NCBI GenBank assembly: GCA_963814845.1
Contig: CAWFEP010000003.1
Coordinates: 223,485 to 287,484 of the forward strand
DNA from: an uncultured Actinomycetota bacterium
Lineage (GTDB): Bacteria; Actinomycetota; Actinomycetes; JAFAQI01
Length of the DNA stretch: 64,000 nt
Direction of reading: 5' to 3'
Part shown: positions 9,245 through 20,878 of the stretch, one piece after another
Layout of the letters: each line of letters begins with the position of its first letter
Numbering within the stretch: the stretch's first letter is position 1
The notes under the pieces: model-generated
Seen by the model: only the letters and a program-made list of their open reading frames with translations
Told to the model about the DNA's origin: nothing
The model's database searches: none
Translations under genes and position numbers: made by a program

Positions 9245-11752
9245 TTATACCGGGTCGAGCTGCCAGCGATGACTCTCGGCGATGAGCTGGCCGAGCTGCG
9301 CTGCCGGCATCGGCCGGGCGAGGTAGAAACCCTGGGCACGGCGGCAGCCGAGCCGCATGAGGTTGTCGAGCTGGCCATGAGTCTCGACGCCCTCAGCGGT
9401 GACCTCCAGCTCGAGCGCAGAGGCCATCGCGACGATCGCCGCCACCAGCGCGGAGTCGTGCGGATCGCCGCCCAGACCGTCGACGAAGGCACGATCGACC
9501 TTGACCGCGTCGACCGGGAAGCGCTTCAGGTAGCTCAACGATGAGTAGCCGGTGCCGAAGTCATCGATCGCCAGCCGGACACCGAGTGCCTTGAGGCTCT
9601 CCAGCGTCCACCGCGAGGACTCCACATCGTCCATCAGCACGCTCTCGGTCAGCTCAAGACACAAGCTCTCAGCGCGGGCGCCGGTCCGGAGAAGCACATC
9701 TCTCACGACGGACACGATGTCCGGTGCGCCGACCTGGCGGACCGAGAGGTTAACAGCGACCGACATGGTGATCTGGGTGTCCTGCCACTCGGCAAGCTGG
9801 GCACACGCCTGCTCCAGGACCCAGGCACCGATCGGCACGATGAGGCCGGTTTCCTCGGCGATCGGGATGAACTCCTCCGGGCTGATCGACCCGCGCACAG
9901 GGTGATTCCAGCGAAGTAACGCCTCCGCGCTCACCATGGCGCCGGTCGTGAGATCGATAATCGGTTGGTAGTGAACCGTGAGCTCTTGCCGGTCGATCGC
10001 ATGCCGAAGTGATGAGGCCGTGGCCAGATGCTGCGCGGCCTGCGCGCGCACCGCATCGTCGAACAACGCAATCTGGCCAGCGCCAGCAGACTTAGCGCGG
10101 TGCATCGCCGCGCCCGAGTCACGAAGCAGCGATTCAGCGGTCGCGTCGTCGTCGGCGACCGCGATGCCGACACACGCGGTCATGTCCACGTCGTGGATCC
10201 CGATCATGCCTGGCTGGCTCAGCGCGAGGAGGACGCGTCTCGCAACGGCTTCGGCTCCCAGCGGCGTGATGTCGTCGCAGACGACCACGAACTCGTCACC
10301 GCCAACCCGCGCGACCGTGTCACCTGGCCGGATCGCCTCGGAGATCCGGTCCGCAGTAAGCCGTAAGAACGCATCGCCGACTGAGTGGCCTAGGGAGTCG
10401 TTGACGCCTTTGAAGTGATCGACATCCAGAAACAGCACACCAAGCTGAGAGCGGCGCCGGCGCGAACCGGCGAGGCTGTGAACGAGCCGGTCGTTGAGCA
10501 GCGCGCGGTTTGCCAGACCGGTGAGCGGATCGTGCAGCATCTGATGCGCAAGGTCGTCCTCCACCCGCTTGCGCCCGGTGATGTCTTGCAGCTGGACAAA
10601 GAAATACCTGTACGCGCCTGCTTCGTCTCTGACCACCGTGACGTGGGTGGACGCCCAGATGTCCGTGCCGTCTGGCCGGGTGAACCGACGTTCATCGGCA
10701 TAGGTGTCACGACCAATGGCAGCGCCGGCCAAGACCTGGTCCCACAACGGCGGATCGTCGTCGTGCGCGTTGCTCACCCATGGAGTGCTCGTGAGTTCCT
10801 CGGCGCTCTTGCCGAGCAGCGTGCAGATCGCCTGGTTGGCCCGTGTCGGCACCCCGTCGAGATCGACGATGGCCGTACCGATCGCGGCCTGTTCGAAACC
10901 AACCTCGAACTGCGCCTCCGCGGCGCGCCGAACGGCTTCAGTGGCGATTCGGTCGGTCTCGTCCATCACCGTGCCAATGATCTTGACGACGGTGTCGCTG
11001 TCTACGGTCTCCGCTGTCATCCGCAGCCGAAGGCTGCGGGGTGTGCCGTCTGCCCGCGCGATCCGGAACTCCACGTCGATGTCCGTGCCGAGGCTTTCCA
11101 CCGCGCGCCAAGCATCACCGACGATCGGCACGTCGTCCGGATGCGCCATCGCCGAGAGCAGGTCCTTGCCGAGTTCGGTGCCGATCGGAAGACCAAGGAT
11201 CCGGTAGAACTCATCCGAGCGTGTGCGTGCACCGGAGACGAGGTCATGCTCGAAGCTGCCGATGTGGGCGATCTGCTGCGCCTCTGCGAGCTGTCGCTGG
11301 CTCGCCTCCAACGCCCGTTGGTCGTGACGCCGATGACTGATGTCGTGGGCGATCATCGACAAGCCGGTCACAGTCCCAGCAGCGTCGACGATCGGGGATG
11401 CCGTGAGCACAACTTCCACCAGGCTGCCGTCCTTGCGGCAGCGGGTCGTCTCGATTCGTTGTGCCGGACCGCCCGAGGTCAACGTCATTCGCATCTGCGC
11501 CTGTTCAGCGACCAGCAGACCTGGCGCGAGGAGCGACACCGGTTGTCCGATGGCCTCCGCAGCCGTGTAACCGAACAACTGCTCGGCTGCGGTGTTCCAG
11601 CTAGTAATTTCGCCTTCATTGGACACGCCCAGAATGGCATCGCCCGACGTCTCGACAATTGCCGCTAGCTGACGGCGAGCCTGCTCGCCAGCCTCAGGTC
11701 GCCGCCGATCATGGAGCGGCTCGCGCTCAGCGCGCAACAACCGGCCGATCAT
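9245..11752 (-). CDS. PAS/PAC sensor diguanylate cyclase/phosphodiesterase (PAS-PAS-GGDEF-EAL)
   Basis: 835-aa intact ORF with GGDEF motif [12 protein letters not shown] motif EALLRW and multiple PAS blocks. Confidence 0.9.
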   Translation of the reverse strand: MIGRLLRAEREPLHDRRRPEAGEQARRQLAAIVETSGDAILGVSNEGEITSWNTAAEQLFGYTAAEAIGQPVSLLAPGLLVAEQAQMRMTLTSGGPAQRIETTRCRKDGSLVEVVLTASPIVDAAGTVTGLSMIAHDISHRRHDQRALEASQRQLAEAQQIAHIGSFEHDLVSGARTRSDEFYRILGLPIGTELGKDLLSAMAHPDDVPIVGDAWRAVESLGTDIDVEFRIARADGTPRSLRLRMTAETVDSDTVVKIIGTVMDETDRIATEAVRRAAEAQFEVGFEQAAIGTAIVDLDGVPTRANQAICTLLGKSAEELTSTPWVSNAHDDDPPLWDQVLAGAAIGRDTYADERRFTRPDGTDIWASTHVTVVRDEAGAYRYFFVQLQDITGRKRVEDDLAHQMLHDPLTGLANRALLNDRLVHSLAGSRRRRSQLGVLFLDVDHFKGVNDSLGHSVGDAFLRLTADRISEAIRPGDTVARVGGDEFVVVCDDITPLGAEAVARRVLLALSQPGMIGIHDVDMTACVGIAVADDDATAESLLRDSGAAMHRAKSAGAGQIALFDDAVRAQAAQHLATASSLRHAIDRQELTVHYQPIIDLTTGAMVSAEALLRWNHPVRGSISPEEFIPIAEETGLIVPIGAWVLEQACAQLAEWQDTQITMSVAVNLSVRQVGAPDIVSVVRDVLLRTGARAESLCLELTESVLMDDVESSRWTLESLKALGVRLAIDDFGTGYSSLSYLKRFPVDAVKVDRAFVDGLGGDPHDSALVAAIVAMASALELEVTAEGVETHGQLDNLMRLGCRRAQGFYLARPMPAAQLGQLIAESHRWQLDPV

Positions 11753-12804
11753 GTGATCGCCTGTCGCGGCTCTGGTGCAATCACGATTGACGTTGCTGCC
11801 GTCCCGTTGAGGACAGCGGTCGGCTGATCGAGAGCCGATTCCCCACCAGCGAGCTCGACCCGGTTGCGACCGAGCCGCTTGGCGCGATACAGCGCTTCAT
11901 CCGCTTCCTTGAGAACCTCGCTCGCCGAGGTTCGGCGGTCCGGATCAAGAATCGCAATTCCCCCGCTGAAGGTCAGTACGCCGTGGGGATTGCCCGGGTG
12001 CGGGATCGCGAGTGACTCGATGCCCGAACGCATGCGTTCGATGGCCTGCCGCCCGGTCTCGATCGATTGTTCGGTGAAGATGCACAAGAACTCTTCGCCG
12101 CCGTAGCGATAGATCGAGTCGCCGCTTCGCAACAGTGCAGTCAGCTCGGCGGCAACGGTTTGCAAGATCTCGTCACCCGCCTGGTGACCGTAGCTGTCGT
12201 TGTAGGACTTGAAGTGATCGACATCGAGCACGGCCATGCAATAGCGGTGGCCATAGCGGCTGACTCGCGCCTCGAGGATCTCGAGGTCCTCGCTGAGAGC
12301 TCTGCGATTCGGCAATCCGGTCAGCGCATCGCGGCGCGCGATCGCGGTCAACTCGATGTTTCGCTCACCGAGTTGTTCGACCGACTGCTGGGCGGCACGC
12401 GCCTTGGTGGCCAGCGCCTCAGCCTGGCGGTAGAGGTTGGCAAACACCGACACCTTCGCGCGCAGCTCATTCGGTGGGACCGGAGCAAAGATGAAGTCCA
12501 CCGCACCCTGGGCGTAGTGATCGCCATGCGCGACTTCGTCGCGGTCGTGAGCAGTGATGAAAATAATCGGAGTCATCTCCGACTGCCGACGTTCCCTGAT
12601 AAGTGCGGCGGTTTCGAAGCCATCCATTCCCGGCATGATCACGTCGAGCAATATGACAGCGAAGTTCTGCACCATGAGACATCGAAGCGCCTCCATCCCG
12701 GACGCGGCTTCGACCACCGCATGACCGAGCGGCGCCAGCACCGCCCGGAGCGCAAAGCGTTTAGATGCGTTGTCATCGACCAACAAGATCGGTACGGATG
12801 ACAT
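11749..12804 (-). CDS. Response regulator receiver fused to GGDEF diguanylate cyclase (PleD/WspR-like)
   Basis: REC domain ILLVDDN...DVIMPGMDG, then coiled linker, then GGDEF motif [11 protein letters not shown]. It overlaps the downstream gene by 4 nt. Confidence 0.9.
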   Translation of the reverse strand: MSSVPILLVDDNASKRFALRAVLAPLGHAVVEAASGMEALRCLMVQNFAVILLDVIMPGMDGFETAALIRERRQSEMTPIIFITAHDRDEVAHGDHYAQGAVDFIFAPVPPNELRAKVSVFANLYRQAEALATKARAAQQSVEQLGERNIELTAIARRDALTGLPNRRALSEDLEILEARVSRYGHRYCMAVLDVDHFKSYNDSYGHQAGDEILQTVAAELTALLRSGDSIYRYGGEEFLCIFTEQSIETGRQAIERMRSGIESLAIPHPGNPHGVLTFSGGIAILDPDRRTSASEVLKEADEALYRAKRLGRNRVELAGGESALDQPTAVLNGTAATSIVIAPEPRQAIT

Positions 12805-12813
12805 GAGGGACCG

Positions 12814-15784
12814 TCACGCCGGAGACAACTCCGGCTTCGAGAGCCACGGACCAATGGCTGCAATCAACTCAACGGTGTCAACCGGCTTTGGCACGTAGTC
12901 GTTGGCGCCAGCGGCCAGGCACCGCTCGCGCTCCCCGAACACGACCTTGCCAGTGACTGCGATAATCGGCAGCGACTGAAACGCCTCGATCTCGCGGATC
13001 GCGCGGATGGTGGCATAGCCATCCATGCCCGGCATCATGATGTCCATCAGCACGAGGTCGATGTCGGGTGAGTCGTTCAGCACGTCGAGCGCCTCGCGCA
13101 CCACCCTCGGCGACGCGCACGACGGCGTCGCCGCGCTCGAGCAGTGCGCTCAGCGCGAAGACGTTGCGGAAGTCGTCGTCGACGACGAGGATCTTCGTCC
13201 CGTCAAACGGCGAGCGTCCAATGCCTTGTTCTGGTCGGCCTTGCGCCTTCGCGCGGGGCTTCGGCTTGCGACCGTGCCGGAGCGCGGCGAGCGGCTGCAT
13301 TGAATGTCCGGGCGCACCTAGCGGCAGGTAAACGGTGAACGTGCTGCCCGGCTCGGCGCGCTGTCGACAGTGATCTCGCCGCCGAGCAGACCGACCAGCT
13401 CACGACTGATCGACAAGCCAAGCCCGGTGCCGCCGTAGTGTCGAGCGGTCGTTCCGTCGCCTTGTGCGAACGCCTCGAAGATCCGCTGCTGGTCGGCGAC
13501 ACCGATGCCGATCCCGGTGTCCTGCACCGAGATCGGCGAAGACCGATGCCGCATCGGACAGGGAGCGCCGATCTGAGTTCCGCCCGCCTAGCGTCGCATC
13601 GAAGCGGACCCGAACCTCGCCGCGCTCGGTGAACTTGAAGGCGTTCGCCAGCAGGTTTTTCAGGATCTGACGGAACCGTTGCGGGTCGGTGACGATCTGT
13701 TCGGGACCTCTGGCCCGATCTCGATCGAGAACCCGACGCTGCGGTCGTGAGCAACATGCTCGAACTCCCGATACAGGGTGTTGCGAAGGTCGATGACATC
13801 GACGACGCTTCCATATCGACGATCACCGTGCCGGACTCTGCCTTGGCCAAGTCGAGGATGTTGTTGAGCAGCTCAAGCAGGTCGCGGCCGGAAGCGAGAA
13901 TGACCGTCGCGTACTCAACCTGCTTCTCGGTCATCGTGTGGTCGGGGTTGTCCTCGAGCTGCTCGGCAAGGATGAGCAAGCTGTTAAGCGGTGTACGAAG
14001 CTCGTGCGACATGTTCGCGATGAACTCGGACTTGTACTTCGATGAGATCGCGAGCTGGCCGGCCTTCTCCTCGACGAGCTGCTTCGACTGCTCGACTTCC
14101 TGATTCCGTTGCTCCGCCTCGAGGTTCTGCTCCGCGAGCAAGGTGGCCTGCCGGCCAAGGTCCTCGTTGGACTCGCGAAGCTCTTCCTGCTGCGCGCTGC
14201 AGCTCCTCGGCCTGCGACTGGGACTGCTTGAGCAGGTTGTCGGTGAGGGTGTTGGCCTCGATCGTGTTGAGGACGAGGCCGATGCTCTCGGTGATCTGGT
14301 CGAGGAATGCTTGGTGGGTCACGCTGAACGGCGAGAACGACGCGAGCTCGACGACCGCGCGCACGACGCCTTCGAACAGCACGGGCAACACGATGATGTT
14401 CAGCGGAGTCGCCTCGCCGAGCCCAGAGTTGATCTTCACGTAGTCATCAGGAACGTCGGTGAGCAGGATCCGCTTCTTCTCCTTGGCGCACTGCCCGATC
14501 AGTCCCTGGCCGAGACTGAACGACGTCGAGAGGTGCTTCCGCTCCTCGAAGCCATAGCCGGCCTGAAGCTCCAGCAACGGCTCACCGCCATCGGTCGGCG
14601 TCACCATCGAGTAGAAGACCGCGTGCTGCGCTGAGACCAGCGACGCCAGCTCCGATCCAGGATCATGCTCGACGTCGTCGGTGAGGTCGCGCTCGCCCTG
14701 CAACATCCGAGTGAAGCGCTCGCGGTTGGTCTTCAACCAGTCCTGCTCGACGTTCTGCCGCGTCGTCTCCCGCAGGTTGCGGATCATCTCGTTGAGGGTG
14801 TCCTTCAGGACCGCGACCTCGCCGCTCGCCTCGACGCGGACCTGGCGGGTGAGGTCGCCCTCGGTCACCGCGGTGGCCACCTCGGAAATTGCCCGCACCT
14901 GGTTGGTGAGGTTGGCGGCGAGCTGGTTGACGTTGTCGGTCAGGTCCTTCCAGACGCCACCGACCTCCTTGGACTGAGCCTGGCCGCCGAGCTTTCCTTC
15001 GACACCGACCTCGCGGGCAACTCGAGTCACCTCACTGGCGAACGCGTTGAGCTGGTCGACCATCGCGTTGATCGTGTTCTTCAGCTCGAGAAACTCGCCT
15101 TTGACGTCGATCGAGATCTTCTTGCTCAAGTCGCCGTTGGCGACCGCCGTGGTGACCTCGGCGATGTTTCTCATCTGGCCGGTCAGGTTGCCGGCCATCA
15201 CGTTGACGTTGTCGGTCAGGTCCTTCCAGACCCCGCCGACCTCGATCGTGACCGCTGCGGCCTGGCCGAGCTTTCCTTCCGTGCCGACCTCGCGGGTCAC
15301 TCGGGTGACTTCGGAGATGAAGCCGTTGAGCTGGTCGACCATCGCGTTGATGGTGTTCTTCAGCTCGAGCATCTCGCCGCGGACGTCAGCGGAGACCTTC
15401 TTGCTCAGGTCACCGTCGGCGACTGCGCCGATCACCCGCTGCATCTCGATCGTCGGGCGTACCAGGTCGTCGATCAGGGTGTTGACCGACTCGACCGGCC
15501 CGGCCCAGCGGCCACCGAGCGAGCACCCGCTGCGAGAACCGGCCTTCTTTGCCGACGACCTGGCTGATCGCGCGCAGCTCCGCCTCGAGCGCCTGATTGC
15601 CCATGATGATCGTCGTTGAGCCCGTCGGCGACCTTGCCGGCGACGCCGGTCCAGTCCAAGCGGCATCCGGGCGGTGAGGTCGCCCGCTCTTGAACTGCGC
15701 GAGGACGTGCAGCAGCGTCTCGGCGTCGAGTCGCGTCGTGAGCGACCGCGGCAGCGCAGGAGCGGCTTCGCCGGCTCGCGCCAT
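12814..15784 (-). CDS. Hybrid sensor histidine kinase with tandem HAMP repeats, GAF, HisKA, HATPase_c and a C-terminal REC; at least 6 frameshifts
   Basis: Pieced from several frames. The N-terminus is MARAGEAAP...[17 protein letters not shown]. At least three ~92-aa HAMP repeats ([20 protein letters not shown]) follow, then a GAF domain, His[17 protein letters not shown], HATPase [14 protein letters not shown], and a REC domain KILVVDDD...[10 protein letters not shown]. Confidence 0.7.
14690..15500. repeat. Tandem ~276-bp DNA repeats encoding the HAMP modules
   Basis: Near-identical nucleotide blocks (…gttgacgttgtcggtcaggtccttccagac…) recur at ~276-bp period. Confidence 0.6.
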
Positions 15785-16117
15785 TGGTTCCGCGGGGAGG
15801 GCGACAGGCAGGCTGGGCGATGGGCATAGGGCGTCCGTTCTAGCGTTGTCGGGCTAGAGCGACAGCGGTCCGGGCTCTCGGGAGAGTGCTTCGACACGCC
15901 CACCCCTGAACTGATGCTTTCTGGTTATTCCGAAACCGTGAGCGTCAGGGAGGCTTAGAGGGTCTGGCGCAACATTACTCGCGATCTTGGGATCGCGAGC
16001 GTGCGACAGGGACAGGTTCTCCGATTTTTCCGCGCAAAACGCATCAGTTGGGCGGTCAGGTTGTCGAAGTTCACCGCAGAGCCTGGAACCGTTGCTCTAG
16101 CCCGCCACCGCTAGATC

Positions 16118-16599
16118 GGACACCCGTGATCTCCCTCATCCTTGGCGTACTGCTAGTTCTCGCCCTCGCCGTGATCCTGGTGCTTGTGCGGCGCCTCCAG
16201 TCAGTCAGCGCCGCTGCCAGTAGCGAGGAAGCACCCGACGAGCCCGCTCGGGCTGCGGCGGACGGCGACGCTGCCGACGCAGCTGAGTCGGTTGAGCCAG
16301 CCCACCCGGTCCAAGCCGCCCAGCCAGTCCAAACAGCGCCACCCGTCCAAGCGGCGCCAGCGCCCGCAGCACCGCCAGCGCCCGCAGCGGCGCCAGCGCC
16401 CGCAGCACCGCCAGCGCCCGCAGCACCGGCTGCCCCGGCCCCGCAATTCGCACCACCAGCCGCACCGGTCGCGCCAGCCGCGGCAGCCGCGGCAGCACCG
16501 CCAACGCCCGCGGCGGCCACCGCTCCTGCCGCCGCCTTCGTCCCGCCGGTCACCGGCAGGCCGGGGACATACGGCGTCGACATCCTGCCGGGGCGTTAG
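16118..16599 (+). CDS. Membrane-anchored Pro/Ala-rich repeat protein (hypothetical)
   Basis: One TM helix ISLILGVLLVLALAVILVLV, then PVQAAQ/PAPAAP repeats. Start taken at GTG ~16118; the track ORF starts earlier at 16048. Confidence 0.55.
16303..16428. repeat. Tandem 18-bp repeats (3x PVQxxx unit, 4x ccagcgcccgcagcaccg unit)
   Basis: Direct tandem copies read directly from the sequence. Confidence 0.7.
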
Positions 16600-17039
16600 C
16601 TCGGCGCGGGAACGTTCAGCGCGCGAACCACGAGCTCGGCGCTCTTGCGGTGGACCTTCGGGATCTCGAACTCCCACTGACCGCCGCCGACGAAGCCGAT
16701 CTTTAGCGCTGCCTTGAGCATGCCGCCGTCGAGCTCAACCGAGGTGATCTGGTCGCGCGGTGCCCGCGCAATCACCTCGTTGCCCACGCTTGGCTTGAAT
16801 GCGCCAGATTTGCCCTTCACGATTGCCAGCTCGGTGCCGGTGACAGCGACATAGCCGAGGGAACCGAACGGCGGTGCCCCGCCCTCGCCCACCATGGCGT
16901 TGACTGCAGCGCGTCCCGCAACGCCGGCGACCATGCCCGCCGCTGTAGCGCCGGTCATCTTCTTGGTCAGACCCTTCGGGCTGACGAAGCAGCCGGCGAC
17001 CTCGGCCGAACCCAGCGCCTCACTTGCATCTGCCGCCAC
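16596..17039 (-). CDS. Hypothetical protein
   Basis: 147-aa ORF with protein-like composition and no recognisable motif. Confidence 0.5.
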   Translation of the reverse strand: MAADASEALGSAEVAGCFVSPKGLTKKMTGATAAGMVAGVAGRAAVNAMVGEGGAPPFGSLGYVAVTGTELAIVKGKSGAFKPSVGNEVIARAPRDQITSVELDGGMLKAALKIGFVGGGQWEFEIPKVHRKSAELVVRALNVPAPS

Positions 17040-17211
17040 GATTTTCCCCCTCGATCCGGTCGCTATCCGGTGCTGAGTTTCACAGCAACTGCGGATATCG
17101 CCAAATTGCCAAGATCAAAGTCATCGCGCTCCGCACCTTCAGCAGGACGCTCGCGCGGTCGATGACATTGCGAGGCACGCGTCGTCGCCTCTGTGTAACG
17201 ACGGCCGCCGG

Positions 17212-18753
17212 GTGCCGCTGGCGACCAGCCGGCCGCTAGCTCGAGCAGGCGACACAGTGAGGCGCGTGGTGGCGGTGCTCCATCGTCTGCGTACCCATCG
17301 CTGGGCTGCGCGTTTGCTCATCGCCGTCATATCGGTCTGCCTCATCGGCGGCGCCGCCGGGCTGCTGTCCGCCTCGCAGGCGAGCGCTCACCGCGGCGTC
17401 AGCCAGCGGTACGACGCCCGCGCCGGTCTGGCCGCCAACTTCGTCAGCACGTACGTGTCTCAGCTCACCAGCCGCGAGCGATCGGTCGCGCTGGCCACGC
17501 TGACGGGCCGCGATCCGACGGCCGCGTTTGATCAAGACGTCCGCGCGTTCGGCTTCCAAACGGCGGTGGTGCTCGACGATCACGGCCGAGCGTTGAGCAT
17601 CGTGCCCAGCGCACCATCACTGATCGGCCAGCAATACAGCAGTACCTACGCCGAGCTCGGCACTGCGCTCGCCGGCCACATCGCCGTATCGAACATCGTC
17701 ACGTTCGCCGGTCGCGGCTCGCCCGTCGTCGCATTCTCGGTGCCGTTCTCCACTCAGTACGGTCTGCGCGTGTTCAGTGGCGCATACGCCATCAGCCAGA
17801 CCCCACTTGCAGCGTTCCTCAGCGACACCACTACCCAGACTGACGCGCAGGTCTATCTGACCGACGACGCCGGAGCTGTCCTGGCCTCAAACGGTGCGCA
17901 GCCGAAAGCAGTCCGCACCCTGGGCCAACGCGAACCCGCACTGGGTCGGGCCATGGCGGCGCACGCCAGTGGCCAATACCGAGTGAACTCCACGAGCTAC
18001 ACGTTCGTCCGCAAACCGGTAGCGGGCACGCCGTGGTCGCTGACGATCGTGATCCCGACGGCCGAGTTGTACGTCTCTGTAGTCGGCGCGAGCCACTGGT
18101 TGCCTTGGCTCATCCTGGTCGCACTGTCGCTCTTGATGGCGTTGGCCGCACTCCTGACGGTGCGCATGCTCGAAGGTCGTCGCCGGCTCGCCCACGCCAA
18201 CCGAAAGCTCGCGACCCTCGCACGGACCGACGGGCTGTCGGGCCTGTTCAACCGGCTCTATGTCACCGAACAGCTCGAGACCTTGCTGGCCAACTCAAGC
18301 CGATACCACTTCCCGGTCTGCGTGCTCATGATCGACATCGATCACTTCAAGCAGCTCAACGACAAGCATGGACACCAAGCTGGCGACGAAGCGATCCGGC
18401 ACATCGCCGACCGGCTTCGCATCTCGGTGCGCGACGGTGACCTGTTGGGTCGCTGGGGCGGCGAGGAGTTCCTCGCAGTGCTCCCCCACACCTCACTCGA
18501 GGAGGGCCTCGAGGTGGCCGAGCGGCTGCGCCGACTCGTCGCCTTGGTGCCGATCGAGATCAATGCGAAGGCCGACGTGGTGACGATCCAGATCAGCATC
18601 GGCGTCGCGCAATCCGGTGACGACTCATTGGCCGCCCTCGTCCACCGAGCAGACCTCGGCCTCTACGAAGCGAAGGCGGCGGGGCGCAACGCCGTCCGCG
18701 TCTTCACCCCGACCGCGGACAACCCTGCTCCGCTCGTGTCACCTCGACTCTGA
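17212..18753 (+). CDS. Membrane sensor diguanylate cyclase (periplasmic sensor-TM-GGDEF)
   Basis: TM helix near the N-terminus, ~270-aa extracytoplasmic region, second TM, then GGDEF motif RWGGEEFLAV. The start codon is uncertain (GTG 17212 or 17257). Confidence 0.85.
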   Translation: MPLATSRPLARAGDTVRRVVAVLHRLRTHRWAARLLIAVISVCLIGGAAGLLSASQASAHRGVSQRYDARAGLAANFVSTYVSQLTSRERSVALATLTGRDPTAAFDQDVRAFGFQTAVVLDDHGRALSIVPSAPSLIGQQYSSTYAELGTALAGHIAVSNIVTFAGRGSPVVAFSVPFSTQYGLRVFSGAYAISQTPLAAFLSDTTTQTDAQVYLTDDAGAVLASNGAQPKAVRTLGQREPALGRAMAAHASGQYRVNSTSYTFVRKPVAGTPWSLTIVIPTAELYVSVVGASHWLPWLILVALSLLMALAALLTVRMLEGRRRLAHANRKLATLARTDGLSGLFNRLYVTEQLETLLANSSRYHFPVCVLMIDIDHFKQLNDKHGHQAGDEAIRHIADRLRISVRDGDLLGRWGGEEFLAVLPHTSLEEGLEVAERLRRLVALVPIEINAKADVVTIQISIGVAQSGDDSLAALVHRADLGLYEAKAAGRNAVRVFTPTADNPAPLVSPRL

Positions 18754-18838
18754 CTGCACGGTCACTCGGCCGTGTTCGACCGGGCCAAGACTTGCAAAGA
18801 CAATTCGCCACCACGACGAACATGGGACAGTCGAGCAA

Positions 18839-19639
18839 GTGACCCGAAAACGAATCGTGGCAACGATCGCCGTCATCGCCGTCGTCGCGATACTCGCGAT
18901 CGGCGGCAAGATCGCATGGTCGAGGTACGGGCCAATTCCTGGCCCGGATGCGACCGTCACTCACGCCGTGCTTGATGGTCAAGCGATCATGATGGCCGTG
19001 CCGCCGCACCCGAACGGCCGGCTCATCCTGTGGGCTCACGGCTACGCCGCCGACCAGAACGAAATCCTCACTGAACGCCAGGCTGTGCCGCTACGCAATG
19101 CGCTGTTGAAGGCGGGCTACATCCTGGCCGGCACCGATGGCCACGGCAACGCGTTCGGCAACGACGCCAGCATCGCCGACTTGCTGCACCTTGATCAATG
19201 GGTGTCCGCCCGACAAACGATCACCGGGACGTATCTGGTTGGCGAGTCGATGGGCGGCCTCTCGTCGTTATTGGTGCTGCCGAAGATTCCGGCCGTCAAA
19301 GGGTGGATCGGGGTGTACCCGGCGTGCAATCTCGCCACCGTCGCCGCGGCGTATCCCGAAGTCGGCCCGGCGTACGGCACCTCACACTGGGTGCCTGCGG
19401 ACGCGCCCGATCGCAGCCCGGTCCGCATCAACGGCCCGGCCTACCGCAACCTGCCGATGTTGTTCCTCGCTTCCAACAGTGACACCGTCGTGTCGAAGGC
19501 GAAGAACACCGACCTGTGCGCAGCCGAGGCACGAGCAGATGGCGCGCGCGTCACCGTCATCACGACACAGGGCAATCACGGCGACAAGTCGAACTTCCGG
19601 CCAGATCCGATCCTGGCGTTCCTCTCGCGCGGGTCATAG
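18839..19639 (+). CDS. Alpha/beta-hydrolase (esterase/lipase-like), membrane anchored
   Basis: TM helix IVATIAVIAVVAILAIGG and nucleophile elbow GESMGG. Start taken at GTG 18839; the track start at 18617 overlaps the GGDEF gene. Confidence 0.65.
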   Translation: MTRKRIVATIAVIAVVAILAIGGKIAWSRYGPIPGPDATVTHAVLDGQAIMMAVPPHPNGRLILWAHGYAADQNEILTERQAVPLRNALLKAGYILAGTDGHGNAFGNDASIADLLHLDQWVSARQTITGTYLVGESMGGLSSLLVLPKIPAVKGWIGVYPACNLATVAAAYPEVGPAYGTSHWVPADAPDRSPVRINGPAYRNLPMLFLASNSDTVVSKAKNTDLCAAEARADGARVTVITTQGNHGDKSNFRPDPILAFLSRGS

Positions 19640-19702
19640 CGCGCTGCGGCGCCGGCGCCGTTCGCGGGTCGGGCGTGTGGGCAGAGTGGTGCCGTGTGCG
19701 GT

Positions 19703-20878
19703 TTAGGTGCGGCTGATTTCGATGGTGCCGTGGGTGTTTCTGGTGATGGTCCAGTTGGTGTGGTGGATGAGCCAGTGGTGGAACGCGCAGAGGTAGGCGC
19801 TGTTCGTGTGGTTCGTGGGTCCGCCGTGTTCCCAGTGGTTGAGGTGGTGGAGGTCGCAGCGGGCGAGTGGGGTTTGGCAGCGGGGGAAGGTGCAGCCGTG
19901 GTCGCGGAGGGCGGCGGCGCGGCGTTGCGCGCGGCTGAAGGAGCGGCGGGTCCGGCCGAGGTCGAGGATCTCGGAGTGGGTGCCGAGGATGGCGGGGATG
20001 AGGTTCGCGTCGCAGGCGAGCCGCCGGGCGGTGGTGGGGGTGACTGGGGTGCCGTTGAGGGTGGCGTGTCCGAGTTGACCGGTGTTGATCCCGTCGCGGA
20101 GCTCGGTGTAGGGGATGGTGAGGATGACCTGGGGGCGTTCCCCGCCGTGGTCGGGCAGGTCGGCGTGGGTGAGGCTGAACCGGGCGAGGTCGGTCAGCGC
20201 GTCGGCGCGGCGTTGTGATGTCGTCCGGGTGTCTTCGGGTCCGGTGGGGGTGGCGACGAGCGGGGTGAGCGCGGCTTGGAGGATCGCGCCGGACTCCGGG
20301 TCGAGCATCCCGTCGAGGTGGATCATCCCGTCAAACGTGGAGCTGACGGTGAGCTGGCGGGCAGCGTGGCGGCGGGCTTCGGCGGCCTCGGCGTCCTCAT
20401 CGGCGCCGGACCGGACCCGAAGCGCGGCGCACAGCCGGGCGAGCGTGGCCGGGTCGTTCGCGGTCGCGAACTCGCACAGCTCGTTCTCGGCTGGTTCCCG
20501 CCAGTCGACCGGGAGCTTGGTGACGCAGTTGATGATCAGCTGCGCGTGGTCGTGGCTGATCCGGCCGGCGAGCAGCAGGTCGGCGAGCTGCGGGTGAGCG
20601 GGCAGCCGGCGCGCCACCCACATCCGCCGGGACGCCTCGGCTGGTGAGAGGTGTTGATCCTCGACCAGCCATGACCGGGTGGTCCGGCCACACTCGGCCA
20701 CGGTCACGTCCCGGACGTCAGCGGCTTGCAGCCGGACCGCGATCAGCCCGTCGAGGGTGTTGCGGGTGGCCAGCAGCGTCTCGGTCTCGTCCAACAGGTC
20801 GGTGTCGCTCAACCCGTGCGCGTCGACCGTGGCGAGCGAGCTGATGACGGTGTCGAGGTCACTGAGCAGGTCTGGCAT
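19703..20878 (-). CDS. DUF222 / HNH endonuclease-domain protein (13E12-repeat family)
   Basis: C-terminal HNH motif CTFPRCQTPLARCDLHHLNHWEHGGPTN...CAFHHWLIHH, with an N-terminal DUF222-like region. Confidence 0.75.
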   Translation of the reverse strand: MPDLLSDLDTVISSLATVDAHGLSDTDLLDETETLLATRNTLDGLIAVRLQAADVRDVTVAECGRTTRSWLVEDQHLSPAEASRRMWVARRLPAHPQLADLLLAGRISHDHAQLIINCVTKLPVDWREPAENELCEFATANDPATLARLCAALRVRSGADEDAEAAEARRHAARQLTVSSTFDGMIHLDGMLDPESGAILQAALTPLVATPTGPEDTRTTSQRRADALTDLARFSLTHADLPDHGGERPQVILTIPYTELRDGINTGQLGHATLNGTPVTPTTARRLACDANLIPAILGTHSEILDLGRTRRSFSRAQRRAAALRDHGCTFPRCQTPLARCDLHHLNHWEHGGPTNHTNSAYLCAFHHWLIHHTNWTITRNTHGTIEISRT

